A stretch of 36,757 nucleotides of DNA from Nemertoderma westbladi (GCA_032718475.1 JAUCBJ010001915.1:1-36757), one strand, 5' to 3'. Numbered from the stretch's first letter, positions 1-11,005 are shown. A program made the numbers and translations. The notes: a model not told the origin generated them from the letters alone.

Positions 1-1
1 C

Positions 2-703
2 GTGGGGGTCGATCCCGTCGTATCATCTCCCGAATATCCCCAGAGCAATGGCCATGCGGAGTCTGCCATGAAGGCTCTCAAGGCGTTGCTCACCAAGACC
101 GGGGGGAAAATGAACTCCAATGCTTTCCAGGAAGGACTCCTAGAACTCAGAAATTCCCCCCGCGCCCATGGAATGTCGCCGGCCCAGATTCTCTTTGGGC
201 ACCCCGACCCCATACGGTCGCGAGTGCCAATGCACAGCTGCGCTTTCCTCCGGGAACACCAACTGACCCGCGCGGAGCTCGACGAGGCACTGCCCTCGCT
301 CCACGGCACCCAGATGGCTGCCTACAATCGCGGAGCCAAACCCCTTATTCCATTCGCTGTAGGGGACCCGGTCCGAATTCAAAACCCAGTCTCGAAGCGA
401 TGGGACCGCACTGGGATTGTCACGGAAACAAGACCCAACCGGAAGTACACCGTACGTACCCTTTCCGGTCGATGCCTCACCCGGAACCGCCGCCACCTCA
501 GCCGGGACACCGCCGCTACCGGCACACGAGAGTGCACCCCACTCACACCAACAGCCATCGGGATACCGAGGGACAACGGCCCAAGATCACCTGCAACGCC
601 ACCGAAGCGCGTACACTGGGCTGACACTCCCCCCACTCAACAACCCGATCGGCCTCGTAGAGCCTACCCCTCCCGCGTGAGGCGTCCCCCCAACAGATTC
701 TGA
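2..703 (+). CDS. pol: Gypsy pol polyprotein, C-terminal integrase region (5'-partial)
   Basis: SSPEYPQSNGHAE (catalytic E helix of rve), LLELRNSP, SPAQILFG, GDPVRIQ...W..TG.V, RNRRHL and terminal RVRRPPNRF are typical of Mag/K02A2.6-like integrases. Frame is open from the window edge. Confidence 0.92.
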   Translation: MGVDPVVSSPEYPQSNGHAESAMKALKALLTKTGGKMNSNAFQEGLLELRNSPRAHGMSPAQILFGHPDPIRSRVPMHSCAFLREHQLTRAELDEALPSLHGTQMAAYNRGAKPLIPFAVGDPVRIQNPVSKRWDRTGIVTETRPNRKYTVRTLSGRCLTRNRRHLSRDTAATGTRECTPLTPTAIGIPRDNGPRSPATPPKRVHWADTPPTQQPDRPRRAYPSRVRRPPNRF

Positions 704-738
704 GAGTTCGTTGACCCCGCAACGAACTAGAAGGGGGT

Positions 739-1060
739 TGTAGTGATACAAACTCGCCACACTACATGGCTCGCCCCATATGCCAGCAGATACTCAGGGA
801 CTGCGGTACTGTAGGGATGACTCACCAGGATTCAGAGACTACGCCCTGACACAGACTCAGGATACCACCGACCGATAGACAGCAGTTAGCTAGCCCAGTA
901 GTACAGTACTGCTGTTGTAGTTAGGTCTCCAGCCTTTGGGCGCACTGCCAGACAGACGGCCCAGCACAGCATTGTTGTTGTTTGTACTTGTGCGGTCACT
1001 ACCTGTGTATTATACGCCCGACATTATTCCGGCTCCACAGTTAGTCGTGACCTCCATACA
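739..1060 (+). repeat. Putative 3' LTR (~320 bp)
   Basis: TG start one base after the PPT and a TACA end. The right boundary cannot be confirmed without the 5' LTR or TSD. Confidence 0.65.
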
Positions 1061-1886
1061 CCTATTAGGGAGTGAGGTGCAGTACAAAGTTAGACCTTGA
1101 TGCCAGGGTCTATAGACCAGAGTGTGGTGTTGTATGACAGAGTGAGGCATTGTAGCTAACAGTGAGGTATGTCTTACTGCTTCATATAAGCCATGAAGTG
1201 AGGTGAGTGAGTCATTAATTGAGGTCTATTGGGAGTGTGGCTAGCAGAGTGAAGCTCTGTTAAATCAGATGAAACCGGTTTACCTTATCATGTGATGGTC
1301 ATTAAGGAATGTTGCTGTTTGAGTTAGACTCGTTAAGACATGAAACAGGTAAGTCTTGGCGAGTGAGACCTAATAAATAACTACATATGCCTCACAATAA
1401 TATAGCTTTATCCTATACTCTTTGTAGAAAAGAATCCACCTTCCATCTGATAATATATATAATTTACATACCCTACAGTTAGTTTGACAGAACAATAATT
1501 CATACAACATGAATTTCACGAATAAACGGACATAGAGGGTCATAAAAAAACCTTCGCGGATAATCTTTTTAATGATTGGATATCATGCCTAATATCCTAA
1601 ATTATCTGAAATGAGAAATTGGAAGCAAATTCCGTTATGTGTGGGCTCCTACTTGCAAGTTGAAATTGACTGAACATTTTTTTACATTTTCCAAAATCTC
1701 TGTGCGAATTTTACCTACAATTAAGGGCATAATACAGTCATTATAAATAACATTAATCCTAGTCTGTTTATTTGCCTGTGTGAGTGATGGTTCAACCTCG
1801 GTTGTAGTTAAGAAATAAATTAATTTTGGTTTCCTAGAAAGAAATCAACTTCGTTTGAAAAAATAACAAAACGCTATTGCGAATTT

Positions 1887-4163
1887 CGTAATTCCGTAAC
1901 GAAAACATGACATTTTTTAAAATAGCTTTTAAGCTACTCAATATGTGACATTCAAATTTTAAATTCTCTTCCTCTAACCGCTGGGCAATACGCAATTGTT
2001 ATCCTTTTGTGGCAATGTGATATATAAGTCGAGATATTTGCGTTACGGAATTACAATTTCACGTTACGGAATTACGTTACGGAATTACAATTTTCCAACA
2101 ATGCGTGACGTTAGTCTTGGTGTAGACTGTAGAGTGGTACACAGCGAGACGTTATTGTTGGTGTAGACTGGTACATTTCGAGACGTTAGTGTTGGTGTAG
2201 ACTGGTACACTGAGAAACGTTAGTGTTGGTTTGGACTGGTACACTGAGCGACGTTAGTGTTGGTGTAGACTGGTACACTGCGAGACGTTATTGTTGGTGT
2301 AGACTGGTACACTGCGAGACGTTAGTGTTGGTGTAGACTGGTACACTGCGAGACGTTAGTGTTGGTGTAGACTGGTACACTGCGAGACGTTATTGTTGGT
2401 GTAGACTGGTACACTGCGAGACGTTAGTGTTGGTGTAGACTGGTACACTGCGAGACGATTAGTGTTGGTGTAGACTGGTACACTGCGAGACGTTAGTGTT
2501 GGTGTAGACTGGTACACTGAGATGACGTTAAGTGTTGGTGTAGACTGGTACACTGCGAGACGTTAGTGTTGGTGTAGACTGGTACACTGCGAGACGTTAG
2601 TGTTGGTGTAGACTGGTACACTGCGATACGTTAAGTGTTAGTTAGACTGGTACACTGCGAGACGTTATTGTTGGTGTAGACTGGTACACTGCGAGACGTT
2701 AGTGTTGGTGTAGACTGGTACACCGCGAGACTTTAGTGTTGGTGTAGGATGGTACACTGAGAGACGTTAGTGTTGGTGTAGACTGGTACACTGCGAGACG
2801 TTATTGTTGGTGTAGACTGGTACACTGCGAGACGTTAGTGTTGATGTAGACTGGTACACTGAGAGACGTTAGTGTTGGTTTGGACTGGTACACTGAGCGA
2901 CGTTAGTGTTGGTGTAGACTGGTACACTGCGAGACGTTATTGTTGGTGTAGACTGGTACACTGCGAGACGTTAGTGTTGGTGTAGACTTGTACACTGCGA
3001 GACGTTAGTGTTGGTGTAGACTGGTACACTACGGTACGTTAGTGTTGGTGTAGACTGGTACACTGAGAGACGTTAGTGTTGATGTAGACTGGTACACTGA
3101 GAGACGTTAGTGTTGATGTAGACTGGTACACTGAGAGACTTTATTGTCGTTACCTCTAACATTGGCATTCAAAGTATTGTATTAAATTACCATTTTTATA
3201 GAACATGTGTGCGGAATATATTGTCGTAATTCAATGAAACGACCCCCCCCCCCCCCCCAAATATTTCTACAAATCGTAATGATAAATTAGATGATGAGCC
3301 ATTATTTTTATTTTTGCTTTCACTCTTTAGCTAGAAGCGATAAAAAAAAGTGTCTCCGCCGATATTGCACCAGTTCCACCGCAGTTATTCTTCAACCTTA
3401 TAGTGATTTGTTGGTGCTGTACTGATGTAAAGCTGGTTGTGCAAGGATTCCAAGGATGTAAAAACATTTGAATTTGGTTGGGAAATAGCTGTGTAACTGG
3501 TGCAATAACATAACCGGCGACTCATTTTTGAAATGCTTGTAGCTATAGATTGAAAGCAAAAATAAAAATTCCGGCTCTGCCACTAAGTGGTCGGGAAATG
3601 AAATCCTCTCTGTTTCAAATTTTAATCAATCTCATTAAGACTTGTAGAAAAATTGACGGGGGGTCATGCCATTGAATTACGACACTATATTCCAGGCCAT
3701 GGTGTTGTATGTATATCACGATGACAATTATCCCAGTTCAATAACTTCGCAAATTCGCAAGAAATTCCGTAACGATCTGGTTTGTAATTCCGTAACGACA
3801 CCAATAAAGCTGTAACACCAAAGTGATTGCTAAATCTGCTTAATCTTTACCATGGCGGGCAATTTGAACATCTCTACTTATGCGCAATATGTTTAGTTAA
3901 AATTAAAAACTAAATAATTCGCAGAACTTTCACTTTAAAAAAATTCGAAAAAAGTCTTGTCTTTTTTGTGTAATTCCGTAACGTAATGTTTGCGATATTG
4001 AAAACAATAAATCCGAGGCAAATTGAATAAAACGAACGAAACCAATATGTTCTCTGATAATTTGTCTTACTATGCTCCACAAATTAAAGTTCATTTATGT
4101 CATCTTCGAATCACCATGTAACACTTTATCTGGGAAAAGTCGTGCGAAATGTAATTCCGTAAC
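1887..4163. mobile_element. Degenerate non-autonomous DNA-transposon/foldback-like remnant with GTAATTCCGTAAC motifs
   Basis: Motif (G)TAATTCCGTAAC forward at ~1888, ~3763, ~3784, ~3970, ~4151 and inverted three times at ~2042-2088. Central imperfect inverted repeat ~3213-3285 vs ~3628-3693. Outer boundaries are uncertain. Confidence 0.45.
2107..3146. repeat. 34-bp minisatellite, ~30 copies (GTTAGTGTTGGTGTAGACTGGTACACTGCGAGAC)
   Basis: Direct reading: period 34 (units at 2321 and 2355), no unique spacers. Confidence 0.97.
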
Positions 4164-4620
4164 GATGAAATTCATGACAACCATCCCTAGTGTCAATGTG
4201 AAAAGGACAGTTAGCATTAATGTGGAAATGACAATCTGCTTTAGGGTTAATGAATTTCTTATTTATTCCAAATATTTCCAGTAGTTGCGCAGTTATTCTA
4301 AGTTCATTCTTCAAAACCATTTGTTTACACATTCCAGAAACATATACTGTTTTTCCTGTCAACTGACGTCTAATATATTGTTTAAACACATCATTATTTA
4401 GGAAACCATATTCCCAAGGGATATGATGACTTTTATCTCTGGTATTTGCTACTTTTCTTTCTTCAGTTGAATTTAGATTTAAATGGAGTGGTGCTTTAAT
4501 GTAATAACAAGATTGTATACAGTTTGATATCAAATCATAAACCACAAATTCTTTAAATATTACGGAATAAAATGAGTCGTTGAGTACATGGTATTGAAAA
4601 TCAACAATAAACCCATCCAT
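4126..4620 (-). CDS. Polinton/Maverick-associated uncharacterised protein (predicted DEDD/RNase H-like fold with Cys/His tail), isolated copy
   Basis: ATG at 4620. Motif series IVDFQ...FKEFVV...KAP...HHIPWEYG...VYVSG..K...L...C..H......C matches from memory a family of invertebrate Polinton/adintovirus-linked ORFs (hVDhQGF, KELA, HGhxWxxG, VYVKGxxK). Not verified by search. Confidence 0.6.
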   Translation of the reverse strand: MDGFIVDFQYHVLNDSFYSVIFKEFVVYDLISNCIQSCYYIKAPLHLNLNSTEERKVANTRDKSHHIPWEYGFLNNDVFKQYIRRQLTGKTVYVSGMCKQMVLKNELRITAQLLEIFGINKKFINPKADCHFHINANCPFHIDTRDGCHEFHRYGITFRTTFPR

Positions 4621-5041
4621 TTTCAAGCGAATCAGAAAATATTTATAAAAATAATAAGCAGGATAAGAATTACTATCAAAAAGAATAAAAAGTTATAAAC
4701 ATCTTAATAAAATATAATAATGGGTGAGGGAAATTGTAATGAACTTAAAGACTTTTATTAACCAATAAGAAATAGTAGAAATTGTATAATGTTCTTCCCA
4801 CTCCACCTCGTAACATAATCATAACATATTCATAACTTCCATGATCTAACCTTTCTATAACCTACTTCAAAAAGTTTTAAGCTCTACTACAGTAGCTCTA
4901 GTACTGTAATAGGGTTTATAGTAGTGATATAGTAGTGGTACAGTAATAGTGTATCACGCATTCAGCTAACCTCATATGGCCCATGGTTGTAGTTGGCCTA
5001 TGTGCGATTCGGGGTTAATGCTGGCTGTATTAAAACACTTC

Positions 5042-5087
5042 TTATTAGTGAACGTTTTCGCCCTAACTGGGCTACTTCAGACTATAA
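5042..5087 (-). ncRNA. Minimal type I hammerhead-ribozyme-like motif of Penelope-like-element type
   Basis: Minus strand reads TTATAGT-CTGAAGTA-GCCC-AGTTA-GGGC-GAAA-ACGTTC-ACTAATAA: core boxes, 4-bp stem II, palindromic AACGTT stem III, and stem I pairing with one bulge. The core deviates from CUGANGA by an extra or substituted U. Confidence 0.55.
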
Positions 5088-6707
5088 TGCAGTATTATGT
5101 ATATAGTTAAAATTATTGCATCCCACCACCAAATCAAAATTCCCTCTCTTTTATAATACGAGTTCTGTCATAAACTAATGAGTTTAGGGTGTGGAGAATC
5201 GCATCATTACCGAGAGAAAGCCGCCCCAATATTAGATTATTACAACAACATATCCATTGGGTAAGAAAGTGGAGGAGAGCCAGCCCGTCTCTTAATTTTT
5301 TACTTTATATTACGCGATCAATTTTCACTCATCTCGTCATGAACCCAACATGTATGTAAACTTTTGTTAAATTTGTTGGCTATGCGTTTGCGGTTGTTTG
5401 AGCGGAGTGTGGTAGGCCTACACTTTTCACACTTAAATGTTTTGGTTGTGAAATGTTACAGGGCATAGCGATCTGAGATATTTCATTTATATTTTATTAT
5501 GAGAGGAAGAAGAACATACAACGTTATTTACTATGTAACAAAATAATTGTTTTCGGGTTTAACTTGGAAGCCTCCCCAAATAGTTGATATACAATTATAT
5601 TTAAAATTATTTCCATGGTCATGGTCATTCACCCGTCTTTAGTTAGAAATTTGTTTGCATGAAAGACAGTTTAGTTTAGTTTTTACTGATTTATTATCTC
5701 TTATCTGACTGGGGTAATAATAAAGGATAGGATAAATGGAAGCAAAGTGTGACAGTAACAAATATTTCCCCGTCACCCTAGCATGTCTTAAGTATATGAT
5801 ATATCAAAGGGGGAAGTTTGGATTCACTGCATAAATGCAGTTCACCAAACTTCCCCCGAATGCACACTGTAACTTCCCCCTTCCCACAAATATCCACTGT
5901 TGAATTAATTTGAAGCGATATAATAAGTACAAAATTGTGCGAGTTTTTAATTGTGTGGTCCAATTGTTATTTGATTTCTATTTATTATTTAAAGTGCATT
6001 TAATATCACACTGGTTTTTAGAATATTATACTATACAACCTTATGTTTTATTAATTTACCCAATCGAAGCCTCATAAGGGCCGGTTATTTGTACGCATAT
6101 CCCCTAATGCGCTCAGTAAGGTTCAAACAACATATTAATATGAAAATAAAGTATCTGCAAAGAAAATAACCCAATACTATATAATTTGACCTTATTAAAA
6201 CATTTGCACTTTTGCACACTTATTTGTACAAATGCACTTTAGCAGATCGTAATGGTGGCTCTTATTTAACAAACTTATGTTTATCCTATACCGATCTACG
6301 ATGGTGTATGATCAAGTGTCAGTCGCTAAAAGTGTCAAAAATCCAATTTAATAAATCTGGATTTGCGATTTTGGACCATATTCATGGACATTTTAAGTCA
6401 CTTTATAGACATAAAAAGTTAAACAAATGTTACGATTATAGTTAGAAATCATTCCAAACTACATTTTAAACTTAAATTAAAAAACTTAAATTTATTTACA
6501 AATAATAGTGTTTGAAATATCGAAAAAATGTTCACTATTTAAGTGCATTTTGCACTAAGTGCAAATAAGTCTTTTCCCAAGTTGTATCCTATTTCACACA
6601 CTACAATCTATCCTCTATCCAATGAAAAAAGTTTCAGATTAAACGGCCCTGTAGAACCGAAGTTATTTATGTTTAAAAATAGTCACTCGAAAATTTCAAA
6701 TTCTCTT

Positions 6708-6785
6708 GGTCACATAGTCTAGTCTAGTGGTTATCAATCACGTTAATGAAACCTAACTTCGCGGGTTCGAAATCCAATATTGACC
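6708..6785 (+). pseudogene. tRNA-derived relic / SINE-head-like sequence
   Basis: GGTCA...TGACC acceptor-like ends, A box TAGTCTAGTGG (with a TAGTC duplication), B box GGTTCGAAATCC. The anticodon arm does not fold convincingly. Confidence 0.55.
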
Positions 6786-8277
6786 TGACCATTCTTAATT
6801 TTTTTGCAAAAAAAATTATTTTTATTTTTTCACTAAAATCGCTCTAACTTCGGTTCTGGTGGTCCAAATTCAATAAAATTGGTAAATTCTTTGCCGTAAT
6901 TTTTTTCTTAATCTTTTGAGAAGGGGTTATTTTTGGCCCCAAAAAAATTAAAAAAAAGGGCCAAAATAACGCGATATTTTTCGACCCTTAAAATTCGTAA
7001 TTTTAATTATATATGTTAAGATAAAAGATAGCGGAGTTAATTTGATACTTTTTACAGGTACTTTTGGCGCAATACGCTAAATTATAATGGAATAGCGATT
7101 TGTTAAAAAAAAAAAATTTTCGTCCCTTTTTATAAATATTATATTTCACACGATCGCCTGCCGCTCCAGTTTTATAATACCTCCGGAGCTGTGATTAACG
7201 CTGTTAGATAGATAATTTAACGCATTATAAGTCTGTGTAAACAAATCTCCCGTAAGTTAAGTAGTTTTCGAGCTAGACGATTTCCCGCGAAGCAAGTTTG
7301 AAGCGCGAAATTATAATTTTGGCCCTCATTTTTTTAATATCATCCTTGGAGCAAAACCGATAGCATATTTGAATTCCCCGTATGGATATTGACTGTATAG
7401 AATGTACCTTAACCAACTAAAGTTAAAAATAAAAATTATTCAATAAAAACTACTTTACAAATTCTGGCCCTTTTTGGCCCCTATTGCCGACATATTTTTT
7501 GTACCTCCAAACGATAGGAACGTAGCCCCAATGGTCTTCTACGAGTTTCATAAAATAATTAGTGGATTCCTACCCGCGTTGTCGAATTAAACATTTCGGA
7601 AATAAGTTTTCCAAAAAAAAACGGACAAAAACGTACAAATTTACAGCCCCTTTTTCCACCCGAAATTTTAATAAATATCTTACCCCCATTCGATACGAAG
7701 GTAGTACCACTCTTCCCCTTTCCAACCGCGTTACTTTCGTCCCCGTACGATTAATATTAGCCGAGTTATAGCGGATCCCGCAAAGTCATTTTGTCCGTTT
7801 TTTCAACTTTGACGGACATTTTCGGAAAAAAGGCGTGGTAATCTTTTTTGAAAAAAAAAACGAATTCACTAATTAATCCCTTCTATCGTATCCCGGCGTC
7901 GGCTAAGCAATAACCTAGGGTTTTTTCGAGCCACTGTAGAGCGCCTTTCAAAAAAATTTTAAAATTGTCGAAAAAATGACGGATTTATGTCCGCCGTGTC
8001 CGTCGAAGGGTTAGATTTAATAATGTTAGAGTTGCTAATATCTTAGAATTCCGAGCCGCTCCCCTGGTGAGAAAATAAAAAAATTTGGTCTGTTCCTTCA
8101 TCGAAAAGTCCCCCAGAATCCCAAGTTAACCTATATAGTTAGCGATGGCCTGCGGCTTTAGGAGCGGCCGCGGTATTCACCTCCCTCATAGCGGCCGCGG
8201 CGGTGTTGCGTCAAATGGAGAAATATTTATCCCACCAAGACGATGGCGTGCAAGGCGACTCTTGGTGTGTTTGCACG

Positions 8278-8541
8278 TCAACCCCACACCTCTTCTCCCC
8301 ATGCCGCTGGCCATTTAATCTCTTCTTCTTTCGAATTCTCGAAAAGGGAACTCCTGTTTCTATACTCGCAAAATTTTAAGTGATGTTCCCTTTCGGCTTC
8401 TCTGAAACTGTGTGCATTTTCAAATGGGCACTGTACCATTTTTTCGCTGGGAAAGTTCTTCCGACACTTTCTTATATGTTTTACATATTTATCTGAAAGA
8501 ATCCTATGTGTAGCATCGTATGGGCATATAAGATAATCCAT
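8278..8541 (-). CDS. GTSF1: Gametocyte-specific factor 1 (GTSF1/Asterix)-like protein, 87 aa, tandem CHHC U11-48K zinc fingers
   Basis: C6-H12-H22-C26 (CPYDATH...HIRKCRKN) and C38-H44-H54-C58 (CPFENAH...HLKFC), followed by an acidic tail with W77, W81, W86. Intact ATG to TGA with no intron. Confidence 0.9.
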   Translation of the reverse strand: MDYLICPYDATHRILSDKYVKHIRKCRKNFPSEKMVQCPFENAHSFREAEREHHLKFCEYRNRSSLFENSKEEEIKWPAAWGEEVWG

Positions 8542-8619
8542 AGTGCCAAAAAGACAAATTTAATAGGATTTAATTTAAAAGAAAACTTTGGAAAACTTAA
8601 CTTTAACGTTTTTTAGAGA

Positions 8620-8654
8620 TAATGATTTAACTTTACATGATTTTTATTTATATA
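8620..8654 (-). promoter_or_regulatory. Putative Pol II core promoter of the GTSF1-like gene (TATA box + Inr)
   Basis: Minus strand TATATAAATA at 8654-8645 and TCATT at 8625-8621. The Inr A (8623) lies 31 nt from the first T of the TATA box, ~80 nt upstream of the ATG. Confidence 0.55.
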
Positions 8655-9320
8655 GAAAGGTCCACCTTAACATTTCAAACAAGGCCGTAGTTTTTGGCAT
8701 GGCATGCGTGAAGGATTAAGCAGTACATAAAACTGCAGTAGTAGAGGCGGTTGAGGATTAATTTAACATATGGTTTTTGGGTACTGGCTTTGTAACTGAG
8801 CTAATATTTGGAGCGTGCGATCAGGCGCACAGGCTGCTTCACAACACAATGTGAAAGAATGCAATCTATTGCAAACCAGATGTTTATTGTAATTTCTCAG
8901 GCGATTTGACAATGGTCTACATGATAACGAAGCTGGAGGTTTAAATAATTTAAAATTCGTGGCAGCCCCATGTTGGTATACAGCATAACTCAACACAGGA
9001 TTCAATGGGATTAGCCATGCTACGTCTAATAAGAGCCCAAACAGCCTCAGATTATTGAGGGATTGAACCAGGACCAAACTGGCCCACTTTATTTTCCTGA
9101 AAGGGTAATTTATGTTTTGGGCCCCGCTCGCATCTTTTTATTTCATTCTATCATTCTATTGTGTGACAAAAATAATACAAATGTATTGTATATTGTATTA
9201 TTTTTCCTATTGTATTGTATATTTTATCTACTGTAGTACAATCTATTCATCGCGCGTCCCTATCTGATTGATTTGTGTCAAATTAAATTGCCTTTGGCAA
9301 CATTATTTGATACAAATGGA

Positions 9321-9404
9321 TCGATTAAACAATTAATTAATTGTTTAATCGACCAATTAATTAATTGTTTAATCAACCAATTAATTAATTGTTTAATTAA
9401 TTAA
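9321..9404. repeat. 32-bp perfect AT-rich palindrome extended as ~3 copies of a 24-bp unit
   Basis: TCGATTAAACAATTAATTAATTGTTTAATCGA (9321-9352) equals its own reverse complement; followed by CCAATTAATTAATTGTTTAAT repeats. Confidence 0.9.
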
Positions 9405-11005
9405 TGACCTACTTAACACCTAAGGTGCGAAGTGGGTCCAACTGTCGCCGAAAAGGGTATACTCTTACTACTAGCTAGCTACCGGCTAAAAGCGTACATA
9501 TATCATGAGAACCAGTGTGTGAAAGACTATATAAATTTCCTTAATTACTCCCGAACAATAAATTGTATTAACAATGGCCTTTCTTGGTAGATGCGACTTA
9601 TATTTTTACCGATTGCGAACAAAAGCAATAAATAATGAGAAACATCAAAAAATATAACAATATTAATTGTATTAAATAAATGTATGAGAGGGGAGTTACA
9701 CAACCAGCACCCTGTGCTAGAAATGGTGACAATATTTATATATATATAGTGGGGTATAATAAATAAACATATTAATAAAGTTATAGCACAGAATGAAAGC
9801 TAAACAATATATATATAATGTCGACAGATAATCATTCATTCTTTATAGGTAACTAATTAAAACCCTTTGAGCACCAATGTATGTATGTATAATGTATGTA
9901 TGTAAATAAAGTTATTGATTAAATAACCCTATGGAAATGTCGCATATTTATTACATAATGTATATAACATCGCATATGCAAATTATAAATCTACGTACAA
10001 TTCCTGTTACAGACTTAACTACACTAGATAGATATCAATAACAATAAATAATACTCCAGCATTGTTATTGGGTTAATATTTTATGGTAATACAAGTAATT
10101 ACCAAAACAATTTTACTGTCTTTGTAAAATTAAATAATAAACTTCACCACGTATCTCTTATAAATGATTATATATTTATGCGATATATATATATATATAA
10201 TAATACACATATTTATTTATAATTATAACAAGAATAAAAAAATAAATATTATTGACGTTGAAACATTGTTTATTATATTAAACAGTCAAACAGTCTTTCA
10301 TTTATTTTACAAAAAAGAAAAAAGGCAAAATTCGTACAGCAGAACAAATAAACAAAAACAAGATACAAAAATAAACAAACAGGATGAGTTTTTGGTCACC
10401 TTTCTACTATAAACAGACACTCTGTTACCATGGTACCAAACATATACAATACATTACAGGCACACAAATCTTAATCACTCAAACGAATATATATCCTTCG
10501 CTAAAACCGCTAATATAAACCCAAATTCATTGAGACCAAAATGTATTAAATGCCTTGAGAAATTATATTTATGTCGCCCCTTTACTATGTACGTAATATA
10601 TTGACGCCAACCCTGGAGTAATCACTATTAATTAGGTGGTTGAGAAATGATAATCTATTGGTTATATTCAAACAAATAATGTGCGAACCTCTACGTCTAG
10701 TAGCCCAGGACCAAACAACCTATATTCGTATTCAGTGACTACATCGATTTTTACTTTTAACTTGTTTGGATGAACTTATTAAATTTCATTTCTCAACCCA
10801 ATAAAATATTGTATAAATAACTGTGTGAATAATTGTCCCATTAGTGTTTGTGCGACGGTTACTACGGTTACTAGTTGTGCTGGAAACTATTGCTGAATCA
10901 CCACTGTATGATAGATAATCTACTGAAACTATTGCAACTCCTAATTACCCCCCTCCCCCACTCTCACGCTGCCATAGCAACACAACCACGCCGTACTGCA
11001 CGTAT

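Larger units (their letters stand above)
1..1060 (+). mobile_element. 3' part of a Ty3/Gypsy (Mag-like) LTR retrotransposon: integrase end, polypurine tract, 3' LTR
   Basis: Integrase ORF ends at 703, purine tract AGAAGGGGG at 729-737, then TGTAG at 739. Best matching end is ...CCATACA at 1060 (TGTA...TACA). The 5' part lies outside the window. Confidence 0.85.

Noticed and set aside
140-680. Alternative-frame ORFs overlapping the integrase
   Set aside because: Shadows of GC-rich pol coding sequence with no recognisable motifs.
2356-2553. 65-aa repetitive ORF
   Set aside because: Translation of the minisatellite.
2107-3146. CRISPR array (34-bp repeat); the same idea considered for the 41-bp array
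   Set aside because: Units are head-to-tail with no unique spacers, there are no cas genes, and the context is eukaryotic.
6708-6785. Functional tRNA gene
   Set aside because: Duplicated D-arm segment, imperfect acceptor stem and no clean anticodon stem; kept only as a relic.
7873-8719. Defined piggyBac element enclosing the GTSF1-like gene (TTAATCCCTTC ... GAAGGATTAA)
   Set aside because: The match is only ~10 bp with an indel and does not extend convincingly; not enough to annotate.
8763-9077. 104-aa ORF upstream of the GTSF1-like gene
   Set aside because: Non-ATG start and no recognisable domain in any frame I read; possibly a decayed repeat.
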